Source: Gemmatimonadales bacterium (lineage in GTDB: Bacteria > Gemmatimonadota > Gemmatimonadetes > Gemmatimonadales > GWC2-71-9). Taken from it: 64,000 nt of DNA. Shown here one piece after another: positions 30,897-39,857 of this stretch. Made by a program: the position numbers and the translations under genes. How positions within the stretch are numbered: the first letter of the stretch is position 1; each line of letters begins with the position of its first letter. The stretch spans positions 2,080,001-2,144,000 of the forward strand of contig OZ252244.1 of NCBI GenBank assembly GCA_965249575.1, in the 5' to 3' direction. The notes under the pieces were generated by a model. That model did no database searches. It had not been told where the DNA came from and saw only the letters and a program-made list of their open reading frames with translations.

Positions 30897-32333
30897 TTGC
30901 GGTTCACCCGAACGGCCGTAGCGGCGATTGCGCTGGGGGTTGGGCAGTCAGCGGCGGGAGCCGCGCAGTCGGCGCCGGACGCCGGTGGGGCCCCGTACAT
31001 GAAGTGGTGCTCGGGCTGCCATGGTGACACTGGGGCCGGGGACGGATATGCGGCAATGCGTCTGCTTCCACGACCGCGGGACTTCACACTCGGGGTCTTC
31101 AAGATCCGGACGACGCCAAGCGGCGAGCAGCCGACCGACGCCGACCTGGCCCACGTGATTGACGAAGGGCTCAACGGCAGTCCCATGGTCGGCTGGAAAA
31201 CCAAGCTGACGACGCAAGAGCGGGCTGATATCGTACGCTACATCAAGGGCCTTTCGCCTTTCTTTGATGGGCCGGTCCCGCAATCGATTATCATCGGTGA
31301 GCCACCCCCCGACCATCCCACCGGTATCGCCGAGGGCCGGCGGGTCTACGAGCAACTGAAGTGCTTCGAGTGCCACGGACAAGCTGGCCGCGGCGATGGA
31401 ACATCCGTCCCGACGTTCACCAGCGATGACGGATTCCCGATTCCAGCGTCCGATCTCACCGAGGGATGGAGGTTCAAGGGAGGTACCTCCGTTCGGGATG
31501 TCTACACGCGTCTGCGTACGGGACTGGATGGCACGCCCATGCCGTCGTACGGAGAGCAAGTGGAGGCGGGACTGATAACGGATGAGCAGCTGTGGCAGCT
31601 CGCGCAGTATGTGCGTAGCCTGTCGCCGGAGGTTCCACCCTCATTTAGCGACGTAATCCGCGCGCAGCTGGTCGAGTCGCTTCCCTTGGCTCCCGGCGAC
31701 GCCGCATGGACCGCCATCGACTCGGCCTATGTGCCGCTCGCGGGCCAGGTCGTTGTACCGCCGCGGTGGTTTACACCGTCGGTGGATGGGTTGTGGATTC
31801 ACGCGGCCCACGACGGCGAGAGCGTGGCGATCAAGGTGACCTGGCACGAGCCATCTGAGAGCCCGGATCCGGCGTTTGATCCGTGGCTTGAGAGCATGCG
31901 CCAAACGGTCGACGGCGTCGACGAACCGTTCCCTCGAGCGCAGGGTCCCGACCGCCTGACGGTGGTGTACCCTCAGCAGTTGGGGGCTGACTCCCTGCGC
32001 CCGTACTTCGTGAGCGGGGATTCGCGGCGCGCGGCCTATGTGTGGCGATGGTCGAGCACGTCCCAGACCATCCAGGAAGGCGCCGCAAGGGGACTGCTCA
32101 GATTTGCGCCGCGTAGCGACGCAGAGGTCGACCACGCGGCCCGCTACGAACACGGTCGATGGCAGGTCCAGTTCTCTCGGGCGCTCACACCGAGCGACAC
32201 CACGGTGGCACTGGGGTTCACCGCCGGTGACCGAATTCCCATCTCGTTCTTCGTGGCGGACGGGTCGAACGGTGAGGTGGGCGCGCGCGGCGCCGTGAGT
32301 GGATGGCGTAATCTCCTGCTCGAAGCACCGTAA
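30897..32333 (+). CDS. Diheme cytochrome c fused to ethylbenzene-dehydrogenase gamma (EbdC/NxrC-like DOMON) domain
   Basis: CSGCH, CFECH, PRPRDFT, GTPMP; C-terminal W.V.FSR.L..ISFFV.DGSNGE..S.W. Start approximate (TTG after GGAGG). Confidence 0.85.
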   Translation: MRFTRTAVAAIALGVGQSAAGAAQSAPDAGGAPYMKWCSGCHGDTGAGDGYAAMRLLPRPRDFTLGVFKIRTTPSGEQPTDADLAHVIDEGLNGSPMVGWKTKLTTQERADIVRYIKGLSPFFDGPVPQSIIIGEPPPDHPTGIAEGRRVYEQLKCFECHGQAGRGDGTSVPTFTSDDGFPIPASDLTEGWRFKGGTSVRDVYTRLRTGLDGTPMPSYGEQVEAGLITDEQLWQLAQYVRSLSPEVPPSFSDVIRAQLVESLPLAPGDAAWTAIDSAYVPLAGQVVVPPRWFTPSVDGLWIHAAHDGESVAIKVTWHEPSESPDPAFDPWLESMRQTVDGVDEPFPRAQGPDRLTVVYPQQLGADSLRPYFVSGDSRRAAYVWRWSSTSQTIQEGAARGLLRFAPRSDAEVDHAARYEHGRWQVQFSRALTPSDTTVALGFTAGDRIPISFFVADGSNGEVGARGAVSGWRNLLLEAP

Positions 32334-32468
32334 CGCGGGGGCCGCAGCGTCGCCAACTCGGCCCGTACGGCCGTCGCGGTCGGCACGAGTCACCACGGCG
32401 GCCCGGCACCGAACCCAGTACGGCTTTCACTTCCGAACGCCGCGGCCGATCCAGTGGAGGAATGGACC

Positions 32469-33173
32469 ATGAGGCCTTGCCCGGTTTCTCGAGTTTGCCT
32501 GAGCGCCGGTCTCTTGCTGTTGCCGTTGACGACCTTGGCTCAATCGGGAACGATAAGTGGTTCGGTGCGTGTCGAAGGCCCCGTACCGGAACCCCGCCTT
32601 CTTCAAGTGACTAAGAACCACGATGTCTGTGGTGATACGCTTCGAGCCCGAGACGTCATGGTCGACGCTGGAAAGGTCGCCTCGGCGGTCGTGTTCATCG
32701 AGGGCCTAGATGGCGATGTAGCCCCAGCGGAGTATCGGTTGTCCAACTCGGGCTGCATGTTCGACCCCCCGGTGCTCGCGGCCACGACGAGCGGCACACT
32801 CATCGTCGATAATCACGACGACGTGTTGCACAACACCCACCTCCACTACCGAGTTGGGAAACGCTCGCGGACGATCGGTAACTGGGGGCTGGCCGGCACC
32901 GAGGCGAAGATCGAGGTGGATCGCCCCTTGCGCCGCGCGGGGGTCATCGACGTCTCGTGCGATGCACACCCATGGATGTCGGCGCTCATAATGGTCTTCG
33001 ACCATCCGTATTTCTCGGTGACTGGTACCACAGGCGCTTTTGAGATCCGCGGTGTACCGGCTGGGACGCACTTGCTGAAGATCTCACACGCCGTGCTGGG
33101 TGAAGTCGAGCAGTCGGTTACCGTTACGGCTGAGACAACGACGCCAGTGACCATCGTCTACAACGCGCAATGA
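32469..33173 (+). CDS. Exported cupredoxin-like protein with carboxypeptidase-regulatory-like domain
   Basis: LHNTH ... CDAHPWM (type-1 Cu-like His/Cys/His/Met); HPYFSVT..G.F.I.GVP.GT. Confidence 0.78.
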   Translation: MRPCPVSRVCLSAGLLLLPLTTLAQSGTISGSVRVEGPVPEPRLLQVTKNHDVCGDTLRARDVMVDAGKVASAVVFIEGLDGDVAPAEYRLSNSGCMFDPPVLAATTSGTLIVDNHDDVLHNTHLHYRVGKRSRTIGNWGLAGTEAKIEVDRPLRRAGVIDVSCDAHPWMSALIMVFDHPYFSVTGTTGAFEIRGVPAGTHLLKISHAVLGEVEQSVTVTAETTTPVTIVYNAQ

Positions 33174-33997
33174 GTGGCGGCTGTGAGCGCTGGTTGGGAG
33201 TGACAATGCGAAGCCCTATGCGATGGATTCATGCGTCCGGCCTGCTCCTACTGGTGGCGTGCGGCGGTGATGACACGCCGGGTTCGGGGGCCGCGGCGGG
33301 ATCGGGAAAGGGACCGGAGGTGGAGCCGACGTCCAGCGATGGGGCGGGATACGAGACCGTGGTCGTGGTCAACGGAGGCACGCTTAGAGGGATGGTCCGC
33401 TCCGGTGGTCCGCCCCCGACTGCCCGCACCGTTGCCATCACGGAGGATAACGAAGTTTGCGGTAATGAACGCCGGATACAGACCGTCGACATTGGGGCCA
33501 CCGGTGGCCTGGCGAACGCCGTGGTGTCGATTGTGGATATCACGCGTGGGATCGCTATGGAGGACCCCACCCCACCGCCGGAGCTCGAACAGCGCGATTG
33601 CGGGTTTCATCCGCAAGTGCTCCTCGTCCCGGTAGATGTTCCGGTGCACATACTCAATAGCGACCCGATTACCCATAACGTTCACACGGTCGCGTTTGAC
33701 AATCGGCCGGTCAACCGATCGCAACCAAGGGAGGTGCCCAAGATCGAGGTATCGTTCGCGGTTGCTGAAAAGGTCAAGGTGAAGTGCGACATCCACGACT
33801 GGATGACCGCCTGGATCGTGGTTGTCGACCACCCTTACCACGCCGTCACGAGCGCTGACGGAGCCTTCGTAATCGAGAACTTGCCGCCCGGCACCTACAC
33901 CGTTGAAGCGTGGCACGAGGCGTTTGGCGCGGTCTCGCAAACGGTGACCATCGAAGCGGGTGAAGTGAGAGATCTCGCTGTCGAGATCCCGTCGTGA
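33170..33997 (+). CDS. Lipoprotein cupredoxin-like protein with carboxypeptidase-regulatory-like domain
   Basis: LLLVACGG lipobox; THNVH ... CDIHDWM; LPPGTYTVEAWHE. Confidence 0.78.
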   Translation: MSGGCERWLGVTMRSPMRWIHASGLLLLVACGGDDTPGSGAAAGSGKGPEVEPTSSDGAGYETVVVVNGGTLRGMVRSGGPPPTARTVAITEDNEVCGNERRIQTVDIGATGGLANAVVSIVDITRGIAMEDPTPPPELEQRDCGFHPQVLLVPVDVPVHILNSDPITHNVHTVAFDNRPVNRSQPREVPKIEVSFAVAEKVKVKCDIHDWMTAWIVVVDHPYHAVTSADGAFVIENLPPGTYTVEAWHEAFGAVSQTVTIEAGEVRDLAVEIPS

Positions 33998-34045
33998 TGG
34001 CCGCCGGATGGGGCCCCGCGTGCCCCCGTCCGGGGGACTCGGTTC

Positions 34046-36031
34046 GTGCGCCCGGCCGCTAGAGCCATTGTGCCGCTGGCTCTTGCCGTCGGCACGCTGG
34101 TGCCTGAAGCGCTCCTAGCACTTCAAGCCGACCCGCTCACAGCGGTCGATGAGGTTCGTACCTTCTTTGGGCTGAGCCCCCGTGGCGTGGTTTGGTTCGT
34201 GGCCCAGTTACACCTCCTGTTCGCCGCGTTCGTGCTCGGGGTTCCGATCTTTGCCGTCATCGTCGAGTACATCGGCTGGCGCAATGGCGATATCCGCTAT
34301 GATCGCCTGGCGCGGGAGTTCACCAGACTACTGGCCGCCGCGTTCGCCACGACCGCCGCTCTCGGCGGCCTGCTCGCCTTCACGTTGTTCGGGCTATATC
34401 CCAAGTTCTCGAACTACTTCATCCGCATCTTTGCACCGTCGATGTACGTGTACGCGGGCTTCTTCTTTGTCGAAACCGCGTTGCTGTATCTGTATTACAA
34501 CTCATGGGAACGCCTCGCCCAGCGCAAATTCGCTCATATTCTGCTCGGAGTGGCCCTCAACCTCGTCGGCACCGCGCTCGTGTTCGTCAGCAATGCATGG
34601 GCGTCCTACATGATGAGCCCAGTTGGCGTCGACGATACCGGCACGTTCATCGGAACCACCATGGAGGCGGTCGCTAACCCCCTCTGGATGCCTCTGAACA
34701 TGCACCGCGTGCTCGGGAACGTGGCATTTGGTGGCTTCGTCGTCGGCGCCTATGCCGCCGTGAAATTTCTCGCCGCCTCCAGGCCGGATGAACGTGCGCA
34801 CTACGACTGGATGGGGTACGTAGGCAACTTCGTCGGACTCGCAGCCCTGATCCCTTTGCCGTTCGCTGGATACTACCTGGGCCGCGAGGTCTATAGCGCG
34901 AGCCCTGTCATGGGCAATAACATGATGGGGGGAGCTTTTTCATGGACCTTCATCATGCAGGCCATGTTGGTTGGCCTTCTCTTCATCGTTGGGAACTACT
35001 ACCTCTGGTCGGGTATGGAGAGGATTCCCGGCGCGGACCGATACCAGCGTTTCGTCAAGTACTTCAACGTGATCCTGATTGTTTGCGTCGCGGTGTGGCT
35101 TACACCCCGAAATCTTCCAATGACGGCCGAGGAGGAGCTTGCCATCGGTGGTCAGATCCACCCGATACTTGGATATCTCGGGCTCATGTCCGCGAAGAAC
35201 GCGGTCATCAATTTCATCATACTCACCACGTTCGCTAGCTTCCTCCTCTACCGCCGGGCCAACAAGACCGATCTGGTGCCGATTTCCGAGCAAGGGAAGC
35301 TACCGAAAGTTCGCCTCATCGCCGCTGGGATAATCTGCGTCTCGATACTGGCTTGGTATGCGTCCGTGTTATTCACGCTGACGCCAGAGTCCATGGGACT
35401 CGAGGATTCGAAGGCCGTTTACTTTGGACTCCCCGCCTGGCTTCTCGTCATCACGATGGTTGCGGTTGTCGCCTGCGTTATCCTCACACTCCGCAACCGG
35501 GGGCACCTGGCCCAAGGTATGTACTTTGCGCTCGTCACGATCGAGTCGGTCGGTGTATTGGGCGTGTATGGGTTCATCGTGATGACCGAAGCAAACCCGT
35601 TCTTGCGACAGGTGGCCGTGGCACAGTGGCTGATCCTGATGACGGGATTGATCCTCATCACGGCGATCGATGTCGCGCTGTTCCGGGGAGCGCGGAGCAT
35701 CGGGGCCATCCGGTGGGGTGAGGTCACCGCGAAGTCGCAGTATGCGCTGATCACCCTTTGTGTCACGATCGTGCTGACGATGGGACTGATGGGGTTCGTT
35801 CGGTCCGGCCTTCGCGAAAACTGGCACATCTACGGCGTGATGGAAGACACCTCTAGGTGGGCGTTCACTCCGAGTAACGCGATCATGGCACGCATGGTGG
35901 GGGGTATCAGCATCGTCTTCCTTGGTGCGGTGACGTTTCTTTTTTGGCTCGCGGGACTCTCAGCTAAAGACGACCTGGCGTCACAGCCCGCCCCTGGGCG
36001 GTTGGTGACCGAAGCTCCTGGGTCCGATTGA
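34046..36031 (+). CDS. Cytochrome bd-like oxidoreductase subunit I (CydA-like, Nitrospirota/anammox-type), no CydB partner
   Basis: Polytopic; AQLHLLFA (His19-equivalent), F.VETALLYLY..SW, NAW.SYMMSP.G, NPLW...MHR (His186-equivalent), MGFVRSGLRENWHIYGVM in place of E.GRQPW. Confidence 0.85.
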   Translation: MRPAARAIVPLALAVGTLVPEALLALQADPLTAVDEVRTFFGLSPRGVVWFVAQLHLLFAAFVLGVPIFAVIVEYIGWRNGDIRYDRLAREFTRLLAAAFATTAALGGLLAFTLFGLYPKFSNYFIRIFAPSMYVYAGFFFVETALLYLYYNSWERLAQRKFAHILLGVALNLVGTALVFVSNAWASYMMSPVGVDDTGTFIGTTMEAVANPLWMPLNMHRVLGNVAFGGFVVGAYAAVKFLAASRPDERAHYDWMGYVGNFVGLAALIPLPFAGYYLGREVYSASPVMGNNMMGGAFSWTFIMQAMLVGLLFIVGNYYLWSGMERIPGADRYQRFVKYFNVILIVCVAVWLTPRNLPMTAEEELAIGGQIHPILGYLGLMSAKNAVINFIILTTFASFLLYRRANKTDLVPISEQGKLPKVRLIAAGIICVSILAWYASVLFTLTPESMGLEDSKAVYFGLPAWLLVITMVAVVACVILTLRNRGHLAQGMYFALVTIESVGVLGVYGFIVMTEANPFLRQVAVAQWLILMTGLILITAIDVALFRGARSIGAIRWGEVTAKSQYALITLCVTIVLTMGLMGFVRSGLRENWHIYGVMEDTSRWAFTPSNAIMARMVGGISIVFLGAVTFLFWLAGLSAKDDLASQPAPGRLVTEAPGSD

Positions 36032-37011
36032 TGGGGCGAACTTGGATCAAGGCACCGCTGTTCACTGTCACGCTCGTCCTCCTGTTCGTCTGGTCCGGCG
36101 AGGTGATCACGAACGTGTCTGGCGGGGCGGAAGCCGCGGTAACCGGCGAAGGGGTCGGTGTCGACATCGGGGAGCAGGTCTTCTGGGGTCCAGGAAAATG
36201 CCATACATGCCACGCGATCGGTACGCGTGGGCGGTCGGTAAGGGGACCGAACCTCGGAGAGTCGGAGCACGGACCACCGATCGGGGCTCGCGCCGTTGAG
36301 CGTGGAAGGGAACGCGGGGCGGAGTTGGGGGTCGCCGTGGGAAGCACCGAGTACCTGATCGAGTCCCTTGCCGACCCGAGTGCCTACGTCGTCAAAGGGT
36401 TCAAGGCTGAGATGCCGAAGGCCTATGAGCCGCCGATCAGTCTGAATCTCGATGAGGTCACCTCAGTCATTCTCTATCTGCAATCGGTCGGTGGTGTCCC
36501 CGACCCGTCGTCGATCGTTCTGCCTCTCGAAATGCGAGAGGGCGCGCGAGCGATGGGTACCGTAACCCCTTGGGAGCCATACATGGAGGGAGATTCCCTG
36601 CGGGGGGCCGAGATCTTTTTTGACGTCGACGGACCCACGCCCTGTGCCAAGTGCCATCGGGTAGGCGACCGAGGTGGCGAAGTTGGCCCGGAGCTCACAG
36701 GGATCGCCGGAACGCGGACCGCACGATTCATCCTTGAGTCCGTGGTCGATCCGAGCAGAGAGATCGCCAGCGGCTACGAAACGGTCTTGATCGAAACCGC
36801 CGCCGGCCGACTGATGGATGGGGTCGTTCGGCGCGAGACGGACGACTCCCTCTTCCTCGCCACGTCAGACGGTGACGAACTCTCCATAGCGCTTTCGAAG
36901 ATCACGCGGCGCCGGGAGCAGGAACTGTCGCTCATGCCTGGCGACTTCACCGAGTTACTCACGGTGAAACAGTTGCACGATTTGCTGGCGTTTCTTCGCA
37001 CGCTACGGTAG
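36031..37011 (+). CDS. Membrane-anchored diheme cytochrome c
   Basis: N-terminal TM; CHTCH..RGPNL..MP; CAKCH..GPELT..S.MP (putative heme-binding domain). Start overlaps the upstream stop. Confidence 0.88.
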   Translation: MGRTWIKAPLFTVTLVLLFVWSGEVITNVSGGAEAAVTGEGVGVDIGEQVFWGPGKCHTCHAIGTRGRSVRGPNLGESEHGPPIGARAVERGRERGAELGVAVGSTEYLIESLADPSAYVVKGFKAEMPKAYEPPISLNLDEVTSVILYLQSVGGVPDPSSIVLPLEMREGARAMGTVTPWEPYMEGDSLRGAEIFFDVDGPTPCAKCHRVGDRGGEVGPELTGIAGTRTARFILESVVDPSREIASGYETVLIETAAGRLMDGVVRRETDDSLFLATSDGDELSIALSKITRRREQELSLMPGDFTELLTVKQLHDLLAFLRTLR

Positions 37012-37049
37012 GCAAGAGGCCCGAGGCCGCCCTTGCGAGGAGGGTCGTT

Positions 37050-37835
37050 GTGACGAGTCGGAGTGGGAACGATTCCCGCGTGTTCATGCGGACGCTCGTC
37101 GTTCTCGCGGCGGTTTACGCCAGCCTGCGGTACGCACTCCCGTGGCTGCCGGTGTGGATCCGAGTGGCGGAGGCTCCCGCACCGGTGCCCGGGTTCGCTA
37201 TCGGGATGTACATGGCGTGCGCAATCTCCGGCGTTCTCGTCTACCTCAGTAGCGCCGAGCGGCGCTGGCGGGAGTTTCTCGCACCGATTGTGCGGACGCT
37301 CGTCGATCCGCTGGGGGGTGCCGGAAGGTTACGGCTCCTTGGGTTGAGTCTTTTGCCCGTACTTGCCGGCACCGTGGTGTGGCGGCAGGTGATGCCTCGT
37401 TCCCAGACCCCCACGGCTCTTCGGGTACAGCATCCGGGCCTCCCGGGAGCCTATGCGGCGTTGAAGAACACAGTCTACGAGCTTCCATCGGAGGCGCAGT
37501 CGGCTGCGCAACGTGAGGGCGTGGTACTGTATCAAAAGAACTGCCGGCCTTGCCACGGCGCCAAAGCCGATGGGACCGGGCCCCTGGCTCGTGGCCTTCG
37601 TCTCCGGCCCGTCGACTTCACCGATCCCGGCACCATCGCCACCGTAGTCGAGTCGTACCCGTACTGGCGCATTGAGAAAGGAGGCCCAGGGCTTCCCGGA
37701 ATGGCCACGCCGTGGCACTCGGCGATGCCGGCATGGAAGGGTGAGCTCGAAGTAGATGACATATGGCGCATCATCGTGGCCGAATACCGCATCGCCGGAA
37801 CGGAGCCACGAAAACCCGAGGGTGCGGAGCAGTGA
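37050..37835 (+). CDS. Membrane-bound monoheme cytochrome c (three N-terminal TMs)
   Basis: CRPCH, ESYPYWRI.KGGPGLP, SAMP. Confidence 0.88.
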   Translation: MTSRSGNDSRVFMRTLVVLAAVYASLRYALPWLPVWIRVAEAPAPVPGFAIGMYMACAISGVLVYLSSAERRWREFLAPIVRTLVDPLGGAGRLRLLGLSLLPVLAGTVVWRQVMPRSQTPTALRVQHPGLPGAYAALKNTVYELPSEAQSAAQREGVVLYQKNCRPCHGAKADGTGPLARGLRLRPVDFTDPGTIATVVESYPYWRIEKGGPGLPGMATPWHSAMPAWKGELEVDDIWRIIVAEYRIAGTEPRKPEGAEQ

Positions 37836-39529
37836 CCAGCAACGCGCGGGGCGTGCTCGTCTCGTTCGCTCTCCTTGCGTGCGGGCGAGCGGGTCTCCCC
37901 ACGGCAGCCGAGGGCCAGTGGCTCGACCTATCCGTGCCCGCCCGGCCTGATACGGGCTTCGCAGGCGCAGAGGCCGGACGAAGGGTGTACGATGATCGCT
38001 GCTGGTTCTGCCACGGCGAGGACGGGGACGGTGAGGGTCCGGTGGCACCGTACCTGTGGCCGCGTCCCCGCGACTTAACGGCCGCGAGCTACATGTTCAG
38101 AACGACGGAAAGTGGAGAGCTACCAACTGACGAAGACCTGTTCAGGACCATTTCAGTGGGCCTGCTGGGTACGGCGATGCCTTCGTGGCAATCGGTCCTG
38201 ACCGCTGATGAGCGCTGGCAAGTCGTCGAGTACATCAAGACGTTTGCGGCGGATCTCTTCGAAGACGAAGCGTTCGATCCGTATTCCTATATCGTCGAGC
38301 CGGGCGAGCCACCCGGTCGAAGCCGAGACGCGTTGCTGGCGGGGCAGCGCTTGTACGACGAGGCGGATTGCTGGGAGTGCCACGGCAATGCCGCGCGGGG
38401 CGAGGGCGGTGGCGGCGCCGACCTCCGCGATGACCGCGACTTCCCAATTGTAGCTGCGAATCTGCACGCCGGTTGGAGGTTCAAGGGCGGAAGCTCGCCG
38501 GAAGAGATCTACCTTCGCCTCACGACCGGACTGGACGGCACCCCGATGCCGTCGTACGCGGAGACACTCACGGATACCGAGCGCTGGCTGCTTGCGTACT
38601 ACGTGTCGTCCTTGGACCGTGGGGAATCGGCCACCGGAGGTGGTCGTGTCGTCATAGAGGCCCGTCGGGTCGAAGGAGAAGTCCCCGTCGTTCCAGACGA
38701 TCCCGCGTGGGACGGGGTGGAAGACCTGCACATTCCGCTCACCGGACAGGCGACATTCCCTCCGCGCTGGCAGACCCCGGCCATTACCGACCTGGTCGTG
38801 CGCGCCGTCTACAGCGCGACCGAGATCGCGTTCAGGCTGATCTGGGACGATCGGACCGCAGACACGGTACCCGGAGATGCGGCGCGGGCGGTCCTGGAGG
38901 GTTGGACAGCCGACGACACGTACCCTGCTCTCTACCCGGACGGTGAGAGGATCAGGGGATACTATGCTGACAATATCGAGCTCATGTTCCCGGTTCGGCG
39001 CTCCGGGACCATCGCTCTGCCGCACTTCGTGTATGGAGGTGCCGGAGCACCGGTTGCCTTGTGGCGATGGCGTGCGGGTCTCCAGGACGACGGGTCCAAT
39101 GATTCCCCGGTCGTCGAGCTTATGGCGAGCGGACCGGACAAACCACCGGTGCGGGATACGGCGGAGAGTCAGCACGCGACCGGTGGGGGTACTTGGAGGG
39201 ACGGCCAGTGGGCCGTCGTGGTGCGGCGCACCCTCCTGACAGCGGACCACGATAACGACGTGCAGATCGACCCGGGTGAGCTCGTCCCGATCGCCTTTCA
39301 CGTGCGCGACGGAGGTAACGGGGAGACTGGCCTCAGGATGGCGATCTCGCCTTGGTATTTCCTGAGGTTGCGAGAGCCGACCCCCATCGTCAACTACGCG
39401 ATCGTGGTGATCGCCGTCCTCGGCGTCGTTGGTCTGGAAATCGCGCTGACGCGTTGGATGAAACGCCGCGCGGAGCGAGGGGAACTCAGGTCGTACGGGG
39501 TTGGGGAAGGGGAAGTCGCCGGCGTCTAG
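37832..39529 (+). CDS. Diheme cytochrome c + EbdC/NxrC-like domain with C-terminal membrane anchor
   Basis: CWFCH, CWECH, GTPMP; IAFHVRDGGNGE..ISPW; C-terminal TM; GTGA overlap with upstream gene. Confidence 0.85.
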   Translation: MTSNARGVLVSFALLACGRAGLPTAAEGQWLDLSVPARPDTGFAGAEAGRRVYDDRCWFCHGEDGDGEGPVAPYLWPRPRDLTAASYMFRTTESGELPTDEDLFRTISVGLLGTAMPSWQSVLTADERWQVVEYIKTFAADLFEDEAFDPYSYIVEPGEPPGRSRDALLAGQRLYDEADCWECHGNAARGEGGGGADLRDDRDFPIVAANLHAGWRFKGGSSPEEIYLRLTTGLDGTPMPSYAETLTDTERWLLAYYVSSLDRGESATGGGRVVIEARRVEGEVPVVPDDPAWDGVEDLHIPLTGQATFPPRWQTPAITDLVVRAVYSATEIAFRLIWDDRTADTVPGDAARAVLEGWTADDTYPALYPDGERIRGYYADNIELMFPVRRSGTIALPHFVYGGAGAPVALWRWRAGLQDDGSNDSPVVELMASGPDKPPVRDTAESQHATGGGTWRDGQWAVVVRRTLLTADHDNDVQIDPGELVPIAFHVRDGGNGETGLRMAISPWYFLRLREPTPIVNYAIVVIAVLGVVGLEIALTRWMKRRAERGELRSYGVGEGEVAGV

Positions 39530-39857
39530 TCCCGCGCCACGGAGCGACAGAGGACGTGCAGGTTGGGAGGTACCGGACGTTTGTCGTACAACCGGGGCCC
39601 GGTCGAAAGTCCTATTCGCGCTAATACCGATGCTCCGTGACGCCGCATGCGCTCCCTGTTTGACGCAGTCGGGGATCTCCCGCCCCCCCCCGGTAGGCCG
39701 CCCCAGCCAGGGCGAGGCCTGCAGACCCCCGACGTGCCGGTCGATTTCAGCTAGTCGCTGCGGATGCCCGAGGGTGCATTGGGGCATCGTTTGAGGTTTC
39801 CTTTAGATCAGGCGCGAGTTGAGTACCTTTCCCTCGTCGTCACGGGAAAGACGCGGT

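Noticed and set aside
34046..36031. Canonical cydA symbol / nitrite oxidation capacity
   Set aside because: No cydB, no Q-loop or GRQPW motif, and no nxrAB in the window, so neither claim is supported.
38153..39787. Long antisense ORFs (e.g. 38153..39787, 20717..22147, 48445..49563)
   Set aside because: They lie opposite well-supported genes, as expected in high-GC DNA, and carry no motifs.
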